From positions 6,944,001-7,008,000 of the forward strand of contig CM060731.1 of the NCBI GenBank assembly GCA_030704615.1: a stretch of 64,000 nt of DNA, given 5' to 3'. A program made the position numbers and the translations under genes. The DNA is from Takakia lepidozioides. Lineage: Eukaryota; Plantae; Bryophyta. How positions within the stretch are numbered: the first letter of the stretch is position 1; the number at the start of each line of letters is the position of its first letter. Shown piece after piece: positions 11,671 to 22,450 of the stretch. Under the pieces are notes generated by a model, which ran no database searches, was not told where the DNA came from, and saw only the letters and a program-made list of their open reading frames with translations.

Positions 11671-14600
11671 CTACCCATGTGTTGTATCCCGCTGCAAAAG
11701 AGTATCGACCTCGTTGAAACTCATAGTGGCCTGGTGAATGAAGTTGTCACGTTTGGGATCGCAACCATCCTCTTCAAAAATATGAAATACAAATGTTTGC
11801 AGGGTATGAATTTACCTCTCTTGCCCAAACTGGTTGATAGCATATTCACAAATCAGGACATGTGCAATTGGGGAAATTGGAAACCGTGATGTCGTAGGTC
11901 CTGTCATGAACAGCAGATGTGGAAGTGATGATTGTGAATACCCGACCATATCCTGGATCGGGTACTTTCGTGGTGCTTCCAACACGAGCTTGGAGCATTC
12001 TTGCGGACTCCACTTTGCCAAAGTGTTCAGCGGTTGGAGGGAAACGCCGAACGAGCTTTCCATCTCGTTTGGTTGGCCACAAGTCAGGATTTGCCGGGGG
12101 GACCCGGGAGGACGCAGAAGTAGTAGCACATGCATGGAGTTGGGGTTGTCTCGCAAGGGAAAAACCTGCCTCCTCCAGCATTTCAATCTCCTGAAAGCTG
12201 AGATGTGTTCCCACCTTCACGGGCCAAACGGTTGGAGGAGATGGCTTCATCACTACGGAAGGACGCACAGTTCCATGCACACATCTGGCACAATCATCTG
12301 CGCAGAACCAGAACTTGTGGTTCTTGGCTTCTGGTTGACCGTATGGAGCCCGTGAAAGTCGGAGCAGGAGTTCGGGCACCACCTCTGGATATAGATGAAG
12401 TGCACTTCTCGAAATTAGTTGCCCTGATCGCTGTACATTTCACACGAGACCCTACACTTGTGCGTTCTATGTGCCAAACGTGGTCGGGGCATGCGGACTC
12501 AAGCACATCAAGGGGGTTGTTTCTCTCCTGCACCATTTCAGTGGCACTGTTTGATGCTGGAGCTTGCCGTCGTGTTGGAGGTTCCTCCACAATGGAGGTT
12601 CCGGACATGGAGCTGTCATGCAGGGGAACACGAGGCTTCGAGAAGTTATCACGGTCTGCCCTGTGGGAATCTGAATCCGAACCAGGTGGAGTGTTCAATT
12701 TCCTCTTACAGGAGCCGAATCTCTCCTCCCCTTCAAGATGTGGAACTCTAGAAACAAGTGGCGTTCCCTGGGCATACATGCTCACCGCCCGTGCTATCTT
12801 GATTGGATCCCCAGATCTGTTTGCAGCACGCAACATCAACTCCCATTTGTCCGGACCCTTGCCACCAACCCCACCTCGTAAGAAATCACGGTATCGGGTT
12901 TGTTGTTGCAAGGCACGTATCAAATCATCTGTTGTTGCCACATACAAATCCCGACCTCGTTTCCCAGACTGCTGCAACCATGCGTTGTGCACAGTTTCTG
13001 CCAAATTGCAAGATGGCATGTCCGCCATTTCCTCAATGGACATGTTCTGCAAAGTGCAGAACCACACTTCAAACAGTGAACAGAAAACAACATAAAGAAA
13101 GCGAGGACACAATAAAATGGAAAGCAAATGTATGAAAAAACAATAAATATAAGCCTCGTACCAATGGCATGGCTGCTCCCCACTGTCTATACCGGAAGTG
13201 CCAAAACGCCAGCCAATCTTCCAATGCTCTCATACTCTCAAGTGATGCAGCTCCAGAAGAGAACCACCAGGCACGAATTGTCTGGAACAAAGTGTCCGCC
13301 TCCTTCATTGTTCTAGCATCTTTGTACTCTTTGCACAATTTACGGTGCTGAGTCTGCATCTCTGGTTTGATGTCCGACTTTGTATGTTTTTCCAGAGATT
13401 GTGTCCAATGGAATAGACATGTACGCTCTCTTCCTCGCATTGGAACTTTTGGGTCGCCCGATCCGAAGACAATACGAACAGCATTGAAATTTGCTTGAGC
13501 ACTATCCGCCATGAAACCTGCGAAATTTGGAGATGGCAGCCCATGGCAGCCCATGACACGTATCAGGGAATTCCACATGAGCTTCTGGGATTCCGTATCC
13601 TCGGATTGCATGTCACAAACTGCAATTGTCATAACTCGTTGGTACACTGGATCGTAGACATGACAAGCCATTGTTGTCCAATCCTTCACTCGTTTCACAT
13701 GATCAAACATAAGAAAACAGTTCTGCAAGTCCCCAGTCTTCTGCATCCGCTTCACGAGGCTAACCCCACTGCCCTCCCCAACAGTCGACATTTTGAAAAG
13801 AAAAACTTTGATGGCACCTTGACCTGGGAATACATTGTCCTGGATGTAATCGTACTTGCTCACTCGTTTCAATTCCAAAATATTGTCTATGTAGCCTCTG
13901 ATCCCAGAGCCCATTCTCAATGCATTGATCTGATGCCGAATGTTCGGTGAACTTAAAGTGGAGAAATGATCCATGACCAGGTCCAATGCTGCACCGTCAA
14001 GTTTAGTCCCCACAGAATCCCCTTCACTCAAAATATGGCTTTCCAAGAAGGACTTGCTTGCGCCAAGAGCAATTGCAGATGTTGTTGCGGATGGGTTTCT
14101 CCCGAACTCCTGTTTAATCAACCTCGATACTGTCTCAACACTCTCCCTGTAATCCCCCTTCGAGACAGGATGGTTATGGAATCCGAAATGCACACAAGCT
14201 CTTGTCATTGTTTTCAAACGGTGGACAACATAGTACATTCTTGCTCCGCAGAGCGCCAAGCAGGATGGCACAAGTTTGCAGAATTTGCAGACGAAAGTGT
14301 TTGCCGGTGGAGGGGCAGTCCCAGGCTGAAATGGATTTTCCGCCAGACCCTCCCATTCGCTTTGATTATGAACCCCAGACTGAAGAAAGTGTCTGCAATT
14401 CAAATTATCACACCTAAGGTGTCCATTGCAAACTGTCCTCCTGAAAACAAGCTTGTCATCATTCTGAATATTGGATGTTTTTGTTCTGCACCACGGGTGC
14501 CCGTCGTGTTTCTTGTCCATTCCATGCATCATGATTGTTACACCTCCAACTCGCGGAGGAGGAGGCAGCTCGAATAGGATATCGCCATCAAAAGTCTCTG

Positions 14601-15173
14601 GCAAGAACTTCACAGGCACCTGCTTCAAAGATTCCCAATCAATTCCCCGCAACTCACTTTTGAATCCAGCCATTCCTCCCATCGCCCGCAATTTTGGAAT
14701 GACACTACAAATCTCTTCTTCATCAGCTTCTCCAACCACAGTAGGAAGGACTGGATTTGGAATTTCACTTATGTCATCATCGGAAGAATCCGAAAGCTCA
14801 ACGATTGGAGTGGAGGACGTCTGTTCTTTTTTCACCACCACCTCCCTCTTGTCTTCAACGACCGAAGCAGCAGTCCCGGGCGTCACATATGACCCAAGGG
14901 ACTTTCGCCGAGGCTCTCCAAGTACTCTGTATCGACCAGGACGCACTCTCCACTGGCTGATATGAGCCGTCTCATCACGGTTTTGGAAAGAGTATTTCAA
15001 CAACTTCCCTTTAAGATCGTACACCTCTTTCTCCAAAAAGATGGAGCCATTCTGCAGCTGAAAACGGGTAGCCAAGACATGTTCCAGAACAATTGCAAAT
15101 CCATTGTCAAGGACTTCCTGGGAGAACGGCACTGGTTTGTCGTCAGAGAAAACTCCGCTTCAGAGGAAGCCAT
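11671..15173 (-). pseudogene. Mutator-like transposase B (GCM-like, DDE, SWIM), frameshifted near both ends
   Basis: HPWCRTKTS...CNGHLRCDNLNC...CKFC...C...HFGFHNHP; MFDH, FMADSAQA, CLFHW, NLAETVH; intron 13161-13047; SWIM CTCPD...PCKHLYF. Frameshifts at ~15130, ~12340, ~11850 and ~11765. Confidence 0.87.
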
Positions 15174-16029
15174 CTTCCTTCCTCGCGTACGTTTGTACCT
15201 TGCTATCGCAGATCTAGTGTAAATCGGTTTACTGATGTCTCCAGAACACAGTTGAAGAATGAGCAGAGAATATGGCGGAGGAAGCTCAGACAACGACTGT
15301 GCATATTATGTTATTCTTTCCAGATATGCAGCCGTCCATTTTAATTACTTTTCTTGTGGGCCCAGTGGTCAGAGTATCCCTAGGAGCAGTGTCGGCAGCT
15401 GTTAAACCGTTAACCAGAACCTCATCAATAAACCCAATAACAAAGCCGACTTCCTGGAAGCATGCCACAAGGATCTGAGGATGGGATTGCAGATTAAGTA
15501 AATGTATTTTATACTACTACCAATGATCATGCGCACCTGGAAAGTTCCAAATGTGAAACGAATGTGGGGTTTGGCTAACAAGGATGACCGTGTATGATAT
15601 TCCAAGATTTGTCATCAAACTCTCGTTCATTTACATTTATTTGTGTAAGACTGTGCGCCAAGATTTCTGGGATTCGCTGTTATTTTTAAATATTGAAACC
15701 GTTCTAATAAAGAACACGCCGTTTATTTTGGGCGACACACGTCAGACATCCATAACTGAATACGAACAGCTGTACACCAATTGCTGGCATGTGCACTAAT
15801 AAGGGAACGACTATGTGTAACGGTCACGCGAGAGGGAATCCGATGCTTCTAGAGACACGCAAGAACGCAGGCAATCCCGCAAGAAATCGGGAGTCACTGC
15901 GTTTTTCTACTTTTCGCGCTTAGAGAGAGAGTGGTAGTCAAGCTGGAGAGGGTTCCTTCTACAATACGAAAGAGAAGAAAGTCTCTTTATTTTACTTCCC
16001 TTAGAGAGAGACGCAGAGCAAGAGAGCAA

Positions 16030-19000
16030 ATGACGAGGCGTCGTTTGTTGGAGAACACAGGGCCAAGGCAGCAGGTGAACGCGGAGACTGATTCAGAAGA
16101 GCAGACGGAGACTGAGGCAGCGGCTGTGACACAGTCGGCGATAAGAGTGCGCCAGCCTGTGGAGGCAGAGATGATTCGCAGGGACACTGAAGGAGGTGGA
16201 AGCACGCGGAACGCCGAACCGGGAGAAGGTCCAGAAACCCTAGAGCAGACAGAAATTCCAGCAGATGTGAGAGGGAAGAGGAAAGCTGCAAAAGGGGATC
16301 CAATTTCAAAACCTAAGAAGGTGCCAGTAAGTTTTATCTAACTTACATTTCATTGTTGAAGATATGCGTAGAGATTGAGTGGAATGTCCCAGACAGGGAT
16401 TGTCGCTACCGACCATCACAAAGGTGATTTGCTTTCTACTCCTCTGCTAAGGGTTTACCGCACAATGAGTGGGTGACTATCGGTACAGTCATTCACTGTT
16501 GTTCAGATCATACAGTCTGTCTGATTGTTTTCAAGGAGTCCTTCCTCTTCCCTTCTTTAGCAGGAACTACTGAATTGCGAGCGTCGTTAACGCCATTCGA
16601 TTCTCCTCATGAGATTTATGTACCTATGTGTTTGAAGAGAGAGTGAGGGTCGGCATACCGTCAATCATCGTTGTTCAGACCATACAGTCTGTCTGATTGC
16701 CTTTCAAGCAGTCCTTCCTCTTCCCATGCTGGCGACGGTAATCACAGTGGAGTCAATCTGAATAATCTGCACTTACTGTCCGCCCTAAACTATACTGAAT
16801 GTCGTTGCCACCAATCACTTGCACATAGATGTCATTACACAACACCGATCCGGCAGGTCGTTATCTTTTGTGATTGTCGTTAACGCCGTTCGCTATCGCT
16901 CTCGCTTTTGTTTTGAATACGGCAGTATCAGCTTTGCTTGTGTAGATTGTGCTGAATTGTTTCACACCATTCATAGTGAGTTTCTTTGAGACAGAGTGAT
17001 GGTCGTTACCGCCATTCACTATTTGCAAATTACTCAGTCAGAACTGAATGGCATCGTGCAGAAAACTGTGAGGTCGAAGCCTACAGGATCAGAGGGGAAA
17101 GGATCTGGAGATGGGGACGAGTCCGCAAAAAGCTCAGAGAATACAGATGAAGCAGATGAATCTGAAGTGCACTACCTTGACAAGGTGAAAGAACTCATGT
17201 CATTCCAGAAGGTAAACTCTCAGGAGGTTATAAGGGACATGCTCGTATCTGGAGGGCGTCTGGACATCCCTCTGTGCCGGATGATATCAATGTCTGTTGT
17301 GCGTCCACCTCTTTCCCATGACATAACAAAATTGGAGAGTGATTTTGTGCATGGATATAGACTTGGTGCACAAGTTTTTTATGTGTCACTGACGGATATA
17401 AATGGGAAAAGCACATTAGTGTCTCCAGAGATCAGTGATAACTGGGATGAGTGCTGGAAAGATGCCAATGAGGAGTTCGAGCTGGGCCTCATGATGGGAA
17501 AGAACACCCAGCAATTCTGCAACCACATGTTCTACGTCTGGGACGGCAACCACCGATTGCTGGCATGGATGGGATACATTCAAAAACACCATGCGAAAGA
17601 CAAAGACAAGCATGTTGCTGTGGAGGCAATGGTTTTGGATCCTGGAAACGACATCGCTAGGCTTCTTACAGCTATGCACGACGTGAACAAGTAAGTCATC
17701 CAGGAGATTTCATTCCCTCTGTAGTGTCTTATTAATCCTCAAAAAAACAGTGTTAAGGAATGCAATGTTTCCAATGTTTTTGCAGATCGACAGAGAAATC
17801 GCATGTGACAACAAGCTTGGTTCACACACTATTCCGAATTCAGAGGATTGGTCTGATGAAGCTGGATGATTTTCGGACAGTACTACCACCCAATATCATC
17901 AAGAAGTGCGAAACAAGAAGAGCTGCAGGCACTTGGTATTCTTTGACACGAGAGGCGTTTCTGGAGTACATGTATGCGGTAAGCCCGAGTCTGTACTCTG
18001 TTTACTTTTCGAATACATGTTTGTAGTCCCTTCGGAGCTAATCACTACTTGAATCAATGCAGCAAGAACTGGCAGAGGCAACTGAGAAGGGAAAATCCGA
18101 ATATTACCGCACTACACCAGAGGAACTAAGGACATCAAAGGGTGTGGAAGCTGCAATAAAGAAAGAGTTTGAAATGCGAAGAACCAATTGATGTCCGCCT
18201 TCGGAAAGCAGCTTAGAATAATAGATCCTGGACTTGGTCCTGAGTTCCTTCAGCAGATCAAAACACACTATGACAAGCATGTGCATCCGGAGATGCAGTA
18301 GGAGAAATTGCACCGGCTGGCCATATCGATGGTCGACCCACAAACAAAAATAAGGTGGCTGGAGATATGGAACTCAGATCAAACAGTAAAGGACTTGAAT
18401 CAGTTCCCAAAGAGCACCATACAGCCTGGCACAAAGGTGGAAGGAATCAGTGATTTGGTGTTTGATAACTGGCTCCACAAGGCTACAATTTGGAGTCAGG
18501 TGTGTATTCAAACATGCCGTTTTCTTCTCTTCAAGTATGTGATGAGTATCTTATTTGCAATTCTGACAAATATACTATTTGCAGCTCGAAAAGCGCGCCG
18601 TCATTGTGCTGGATCAGACTTTGAAGGACCTGAACATTTCGATTGTTTCCCCTCCCCAAATGTCATTGGAGGCATACATAAGGAAGTGGAGAGGTCTCAC
18701 CTGGAGATACTATTTTTTCCGGGAGTTCTCCAAAGATGGTAACATTTTACGGTCCAACGACTTTGACAGTCAGGTTGGAGGAGAGTGGGCCATGATGTGA
18801 GTTGTGTACAGGTGCAATGTCATACTTGAAACTCTACTGCTTTTTTTGGGAAAAAATGTGGCTTCATAAGGATTGCAATCATAGATCCAGATTGAATGTC
18901 GTAATGTCCATAGAGGTTACAGTGAGGGTTCCTCACTTCATTTTGCTAAATGTCAATGCAGATATTCAGTTGTTCTGCATTGTTTTTGCCTCTTGCGAGG

Positions 19001-21783
19001 AATCTGGAGGCTTGATAAGCTCTGTTATGAGAAATCCAAAGTGAATGTCGTTGACGACATTCACTTCTGTGTCTGTATTATTCAACATCGACAATTTGAA
19101 TTTACATGGATTGGGAGCTAAGTAATTGGTTCCTTGTTGGTATTTTTGTGAATGGCGTTGACGCCATTCACATACAGTGTTGTTGTGAGGTCCTCAGTGA
19201 TATGTTTGTTATGAATGTGCATTGAGTTTTCCTGGAGGGTTCCTTACTCGAGTTTATGATTTCCATCCTGTGATTTTGCTTCATTTGAGGAATAATTAGG
19301 CTTGATTAGTGAATGTCGTTGACGACATTCACTTCTATGTCTGTGTCATTCCAAAACGATAGTTTGCATTCACCTGGATTTAGGTGTATTTACAGTATCA
19401 TTGAATGGAATGTTTTGAATGGCGTTGACGACATTCACATCTGGAGCATTTGTGTGGTCCTGAAAGGTCCTTGGAGCAGTTCTCAGAGCCATTTCAATCT
19501 ATGTTTTTTTCATTCTGTTCTACTTGCATCTTACTCACTGAGCGCTTTTGTGGGTTGGGATTTATCTTTTTTCTTTCAGGTACACGAAATATGTGCTTAT
19601 GGAAGGAAATCACCTGAGCGGAATTCCAGATCTTGACATGTGGTCGGACCCTGCAAACGATCCAACCATGTATACTGCAGGATATTGAAGGACTGGAGTC
19701 CTTCTCACTTCAGAGACTGTGGGTGGTACCTTGACTGCCCACCGGAGCACACGACCTTTCAAGAACAGCATATGAAATACTTGAACAATAACGCTGAGAT
19801 GCTGGCGCCTTTGACTGACGAAGAGTACCAACGAAACATAGCAACATTGGCTGCCAAGGAGCCTGATGCTCAGGGAACGCCGCAGAAGGGAAAGAAGGCG
19901 GGCCGCAAACCAAAAGACAAGGCTGTTGATGTCATAGCCATCTCACCAGCAAAGCCAAAGGACAAAGACAAGTCCAAAGAGAAGGAAAAGGACAAGGGGA
20001 AGGAGAAAGAAAAGGAGATGGAGAGTGGGCAGGACTTTACTGCTGGAAAATATACCCGCACTGTTCAGTGCGTGTTCGATGCCAAGCCACACCCTTCCCG
20101 TTCTGATTCGGCAGAGAGATGAAAATTGTTAATGAGGGTTGGCTGTCGATGATGCAGAGTCGAAAGAGAGGATACATTGGGGTGCCATCGCCTACCTGGG
20201 ACAATATAATCTCATTCCTCAATCTGGTGAGAATTCCAGTTTCTTTCCTTTTTCTCTGAAAGTTTCGTTGGCAGTATTTCAGTCTCGTTCTTTGAAAACA
20301 TTCTTGTTTTCGTTCTTATAAAAAACATGTCTGTTGCAGGTGAGCACAGGTCCCACCTTCGTGTGCGGTGTGCAAAAAACTTATGCGGCCGACATTGTCA
20401 TTCTCGACATTCCGGATGGCCAGGCTGTGCCAGAAGTTCTTCCAAAGGGCAAGACGCCAGGCTGGAACAAATTCGAGGACAACTACTGGAGTTGGGTGTT
20501 CGGGTTCTGTAATAACTTCCTCTCTGATGCAGGGACACTTCTGCTTTTTCAGTCATGTGACAATGATAGTCGTCGGGCATTGGCATCATACCTCAAGTCT
20601 TCAGGGTTTGAAGTTTTGCGCACATGGAATTGTGTGAACAGCCTCTACCTTGTGAAAGGGGGTTTCCCTGGTCAGCTGGTATGCCGTCTCCCTTCTGCTT
20701 GTGCTTTCATGATGAGTTTCAATGTTCTCTGCAGCTCCACTCTAGTAGAATCTGTTATGATCGACAACGATCATCACCGATTCGTGATAAAAATGATTTT
20801 TTTGTGTCTGAGTTCTGAATAGCCGATGTACACACTTCCACTATAGATTGTGTTTACCACACTAACATGCTATCTTTGGCAGACGAGGATGTTCGAGGCG
20901 ATCTGCCTGCGGAGGATTGCACCTCAAAGACACCATCCTCCATCCGCAGCTTTGAGATTTCTGACCAGGGTTGTTTCGTCAACCCCCCCTATGAGCCCCA
21001 TGTCGATGACATTTTGTACAACTTCATGCAGTCCAGTCAGACTCTGAAGAGACCAGATGGCACTCCCTGGAGAGGTGCAAAGGAAAAGTCCCCAGCGTTC
21101 ATGCAAATACTGTTGGAGTCATGCAGCCACCGCTCTGCACGGGTGGTCGATCTTTCTGTGTCCACAGGTTCGTTCTTTCCCTTCCGAATTGGTTTTCTTT
21201 CAACAGTTTCATCTGCTTAAATCCCCCCCACCAAACTGTTCATGTCCTCCTGTGTGGTGCAGGAGCAACTTACCATGCATGCAAGGCAGGCGGAAGAAGC
21301 CTTTTTGGCATGGAGGGTGATTCTGACCTCTACAACACAGTGCTCCTCCCCCTTTTGTCTGGCTCCACTTCAGGCACACAGACTGATCGGATTCAAATTC
21401 AAAATGATGACGATCCCGAAGATAAGCAGGTCGACAACGACTTTTCATGTGAGTAAGTGCTAAACCCTCTTTGGGAGCCATACTCAATTTCTCAATAACA
21501 TCAAAGTTACAGTAATAACTTTTTCAGGCTGTCTTTCAGGAAAGGCAGCAGTGGATCTTCAGGAGATACAGTCATTTCTGGCGAGTCTGTTTTCGACAGC
21601 CCCCTTTCCAATTTTCTGCCTGTTTATGCCGAAGCAATGGCACTTCACGCGGCCGAGTCCCTATCCCCTGACTTTTTAGTGGCCAGCCGTAGGTGTATCC
21701 AGCGTGGATCCGGTGTTCTAAAATACATAGACTTAGATGCAGAGGAAGCGGGGATACATTGTACTGACTCTGAGTCAGACTGA
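16030..21783 (+). pseudogene. Multi-exon ParB/Srx-like + beta-class N4C/N6A DNA methyltransferase-like fusion gene, disrupted
   Basis: ParB/Srx motif YVWDGNHRLLAW (17542-17556). MTase motif order IV ADIVILDIPDG (20406), FLSDAGTLLLF, X EKSPAFMQILLES (21083), I VVDLSVSTG/AT (21143, split by an intron), II GRSLFGMEGD (~21310). About 10 GT-AG exons; last exon ends YIDLDAEEAG...SESD* at 21783. Stops/frameshifts at 18189, 18299, ~19685, ~20120 and ~20925. Confidence 0.78.
19039..19438. repeat. Four copies of element-B palindrome GTGAATG(T/G)CG-TTGA-CG(A/C)CATTCAC in an intron (268-bp duplication)
   Basis: Copies at 19041-19064, 19148-19171, 19309-19332 and 19416-19438; degenerate copies at ~16580, ~16797, ~16870 and ~16996. 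Confidence 0.9.
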
Positions 21784-22450
21784 ACTGTATTCTTTTAATA
21801 TTCATTTTCATACTATCTGGAAAACGTTGAATCCCCTTCCTCCACCGTAGTTGTTCATTTAGAACAAATAATAATCACAGAATCAACTTTCATTTAAATT
21901 GCAATATGTATGAATCCATCTCACAAACCTCCTTGACTCTTCTCATATCCATTGTGCATTCATCTACAGTGTATTCATGCGTGCTCCATTCATGAATTTT
22001 TTCCTTTGTTCAACATCCATTATACATTCATCCTCTGTACTCTTTAATCCACCCCACAAACCTTCCACACTCATTTCATATACGTTGTGCATTCGTCAAA
22101 AGTTTTGGTCATGCATCTTCCTGTCATGAATTTTTGTCATTGCTCAACATCCATTATACATTCATCCATTTTACTCTTATCCATCCCTCATTCATCCATC
22201 TACATTCATTTTTCACACTCATCCATCTGTTTTTATCATCCAACTGTACATTCATCCATCCTTTATTCAATGCCTTTTATTATGTCGTCCAGCTTGTTTC
22301 CGCGGTAAAGGGTGCCAATCCGCGGGAATACACTCCACTTCTTTCTGGGCGCGTGGTGACGCGGCCTTCACGTGTGATGACGTGGAGTGAGCCCCGTGAC
22401 GTGGCGTGAGCGCAGTTGCGCTCACGCACTCACGTGACCAGGCTCACGCC

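Larger units (their letters stand above)
11072..22450. mobile_element. Element B: complete 11.4 kb GCM-MULE-type transposon with ParB-MTase cargo
   Basis: 9-bp TIR GGCGTGAGC (11072-11080) / GCTCACGCC (22442-22450). Flanks GACGCAAT / GAGGCATT (6/8 match, possible decayed TSD). Shared subterminal motif ACGTGGAGTGAGCC...TGACGTGGCGTGAGCG at both ends. Interrupts the TnpA-like gene. Confidence 0.8.

Noticed and set aside
12205-14965. Long plus-strand ORFs (296, 203, 164 aa)
   Set aside because: Antisense shadows of transposase B with no independent motifs.
20975-20992. FVNPPY as the catalytic NPPY motif of an adenine MTase
   Set aside because: It lies in the variable region just before motif X; the structural motif IV position is occupied by DIPD. 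Probably coincidental unless conserved in paralogs.
1-22450. A and B as arms of one giant inverted repeat or recent inverted duplication
   Set aside because: Similarity is only at protein level, B has its own termini, and CACTA TnpA sequence lies between them.
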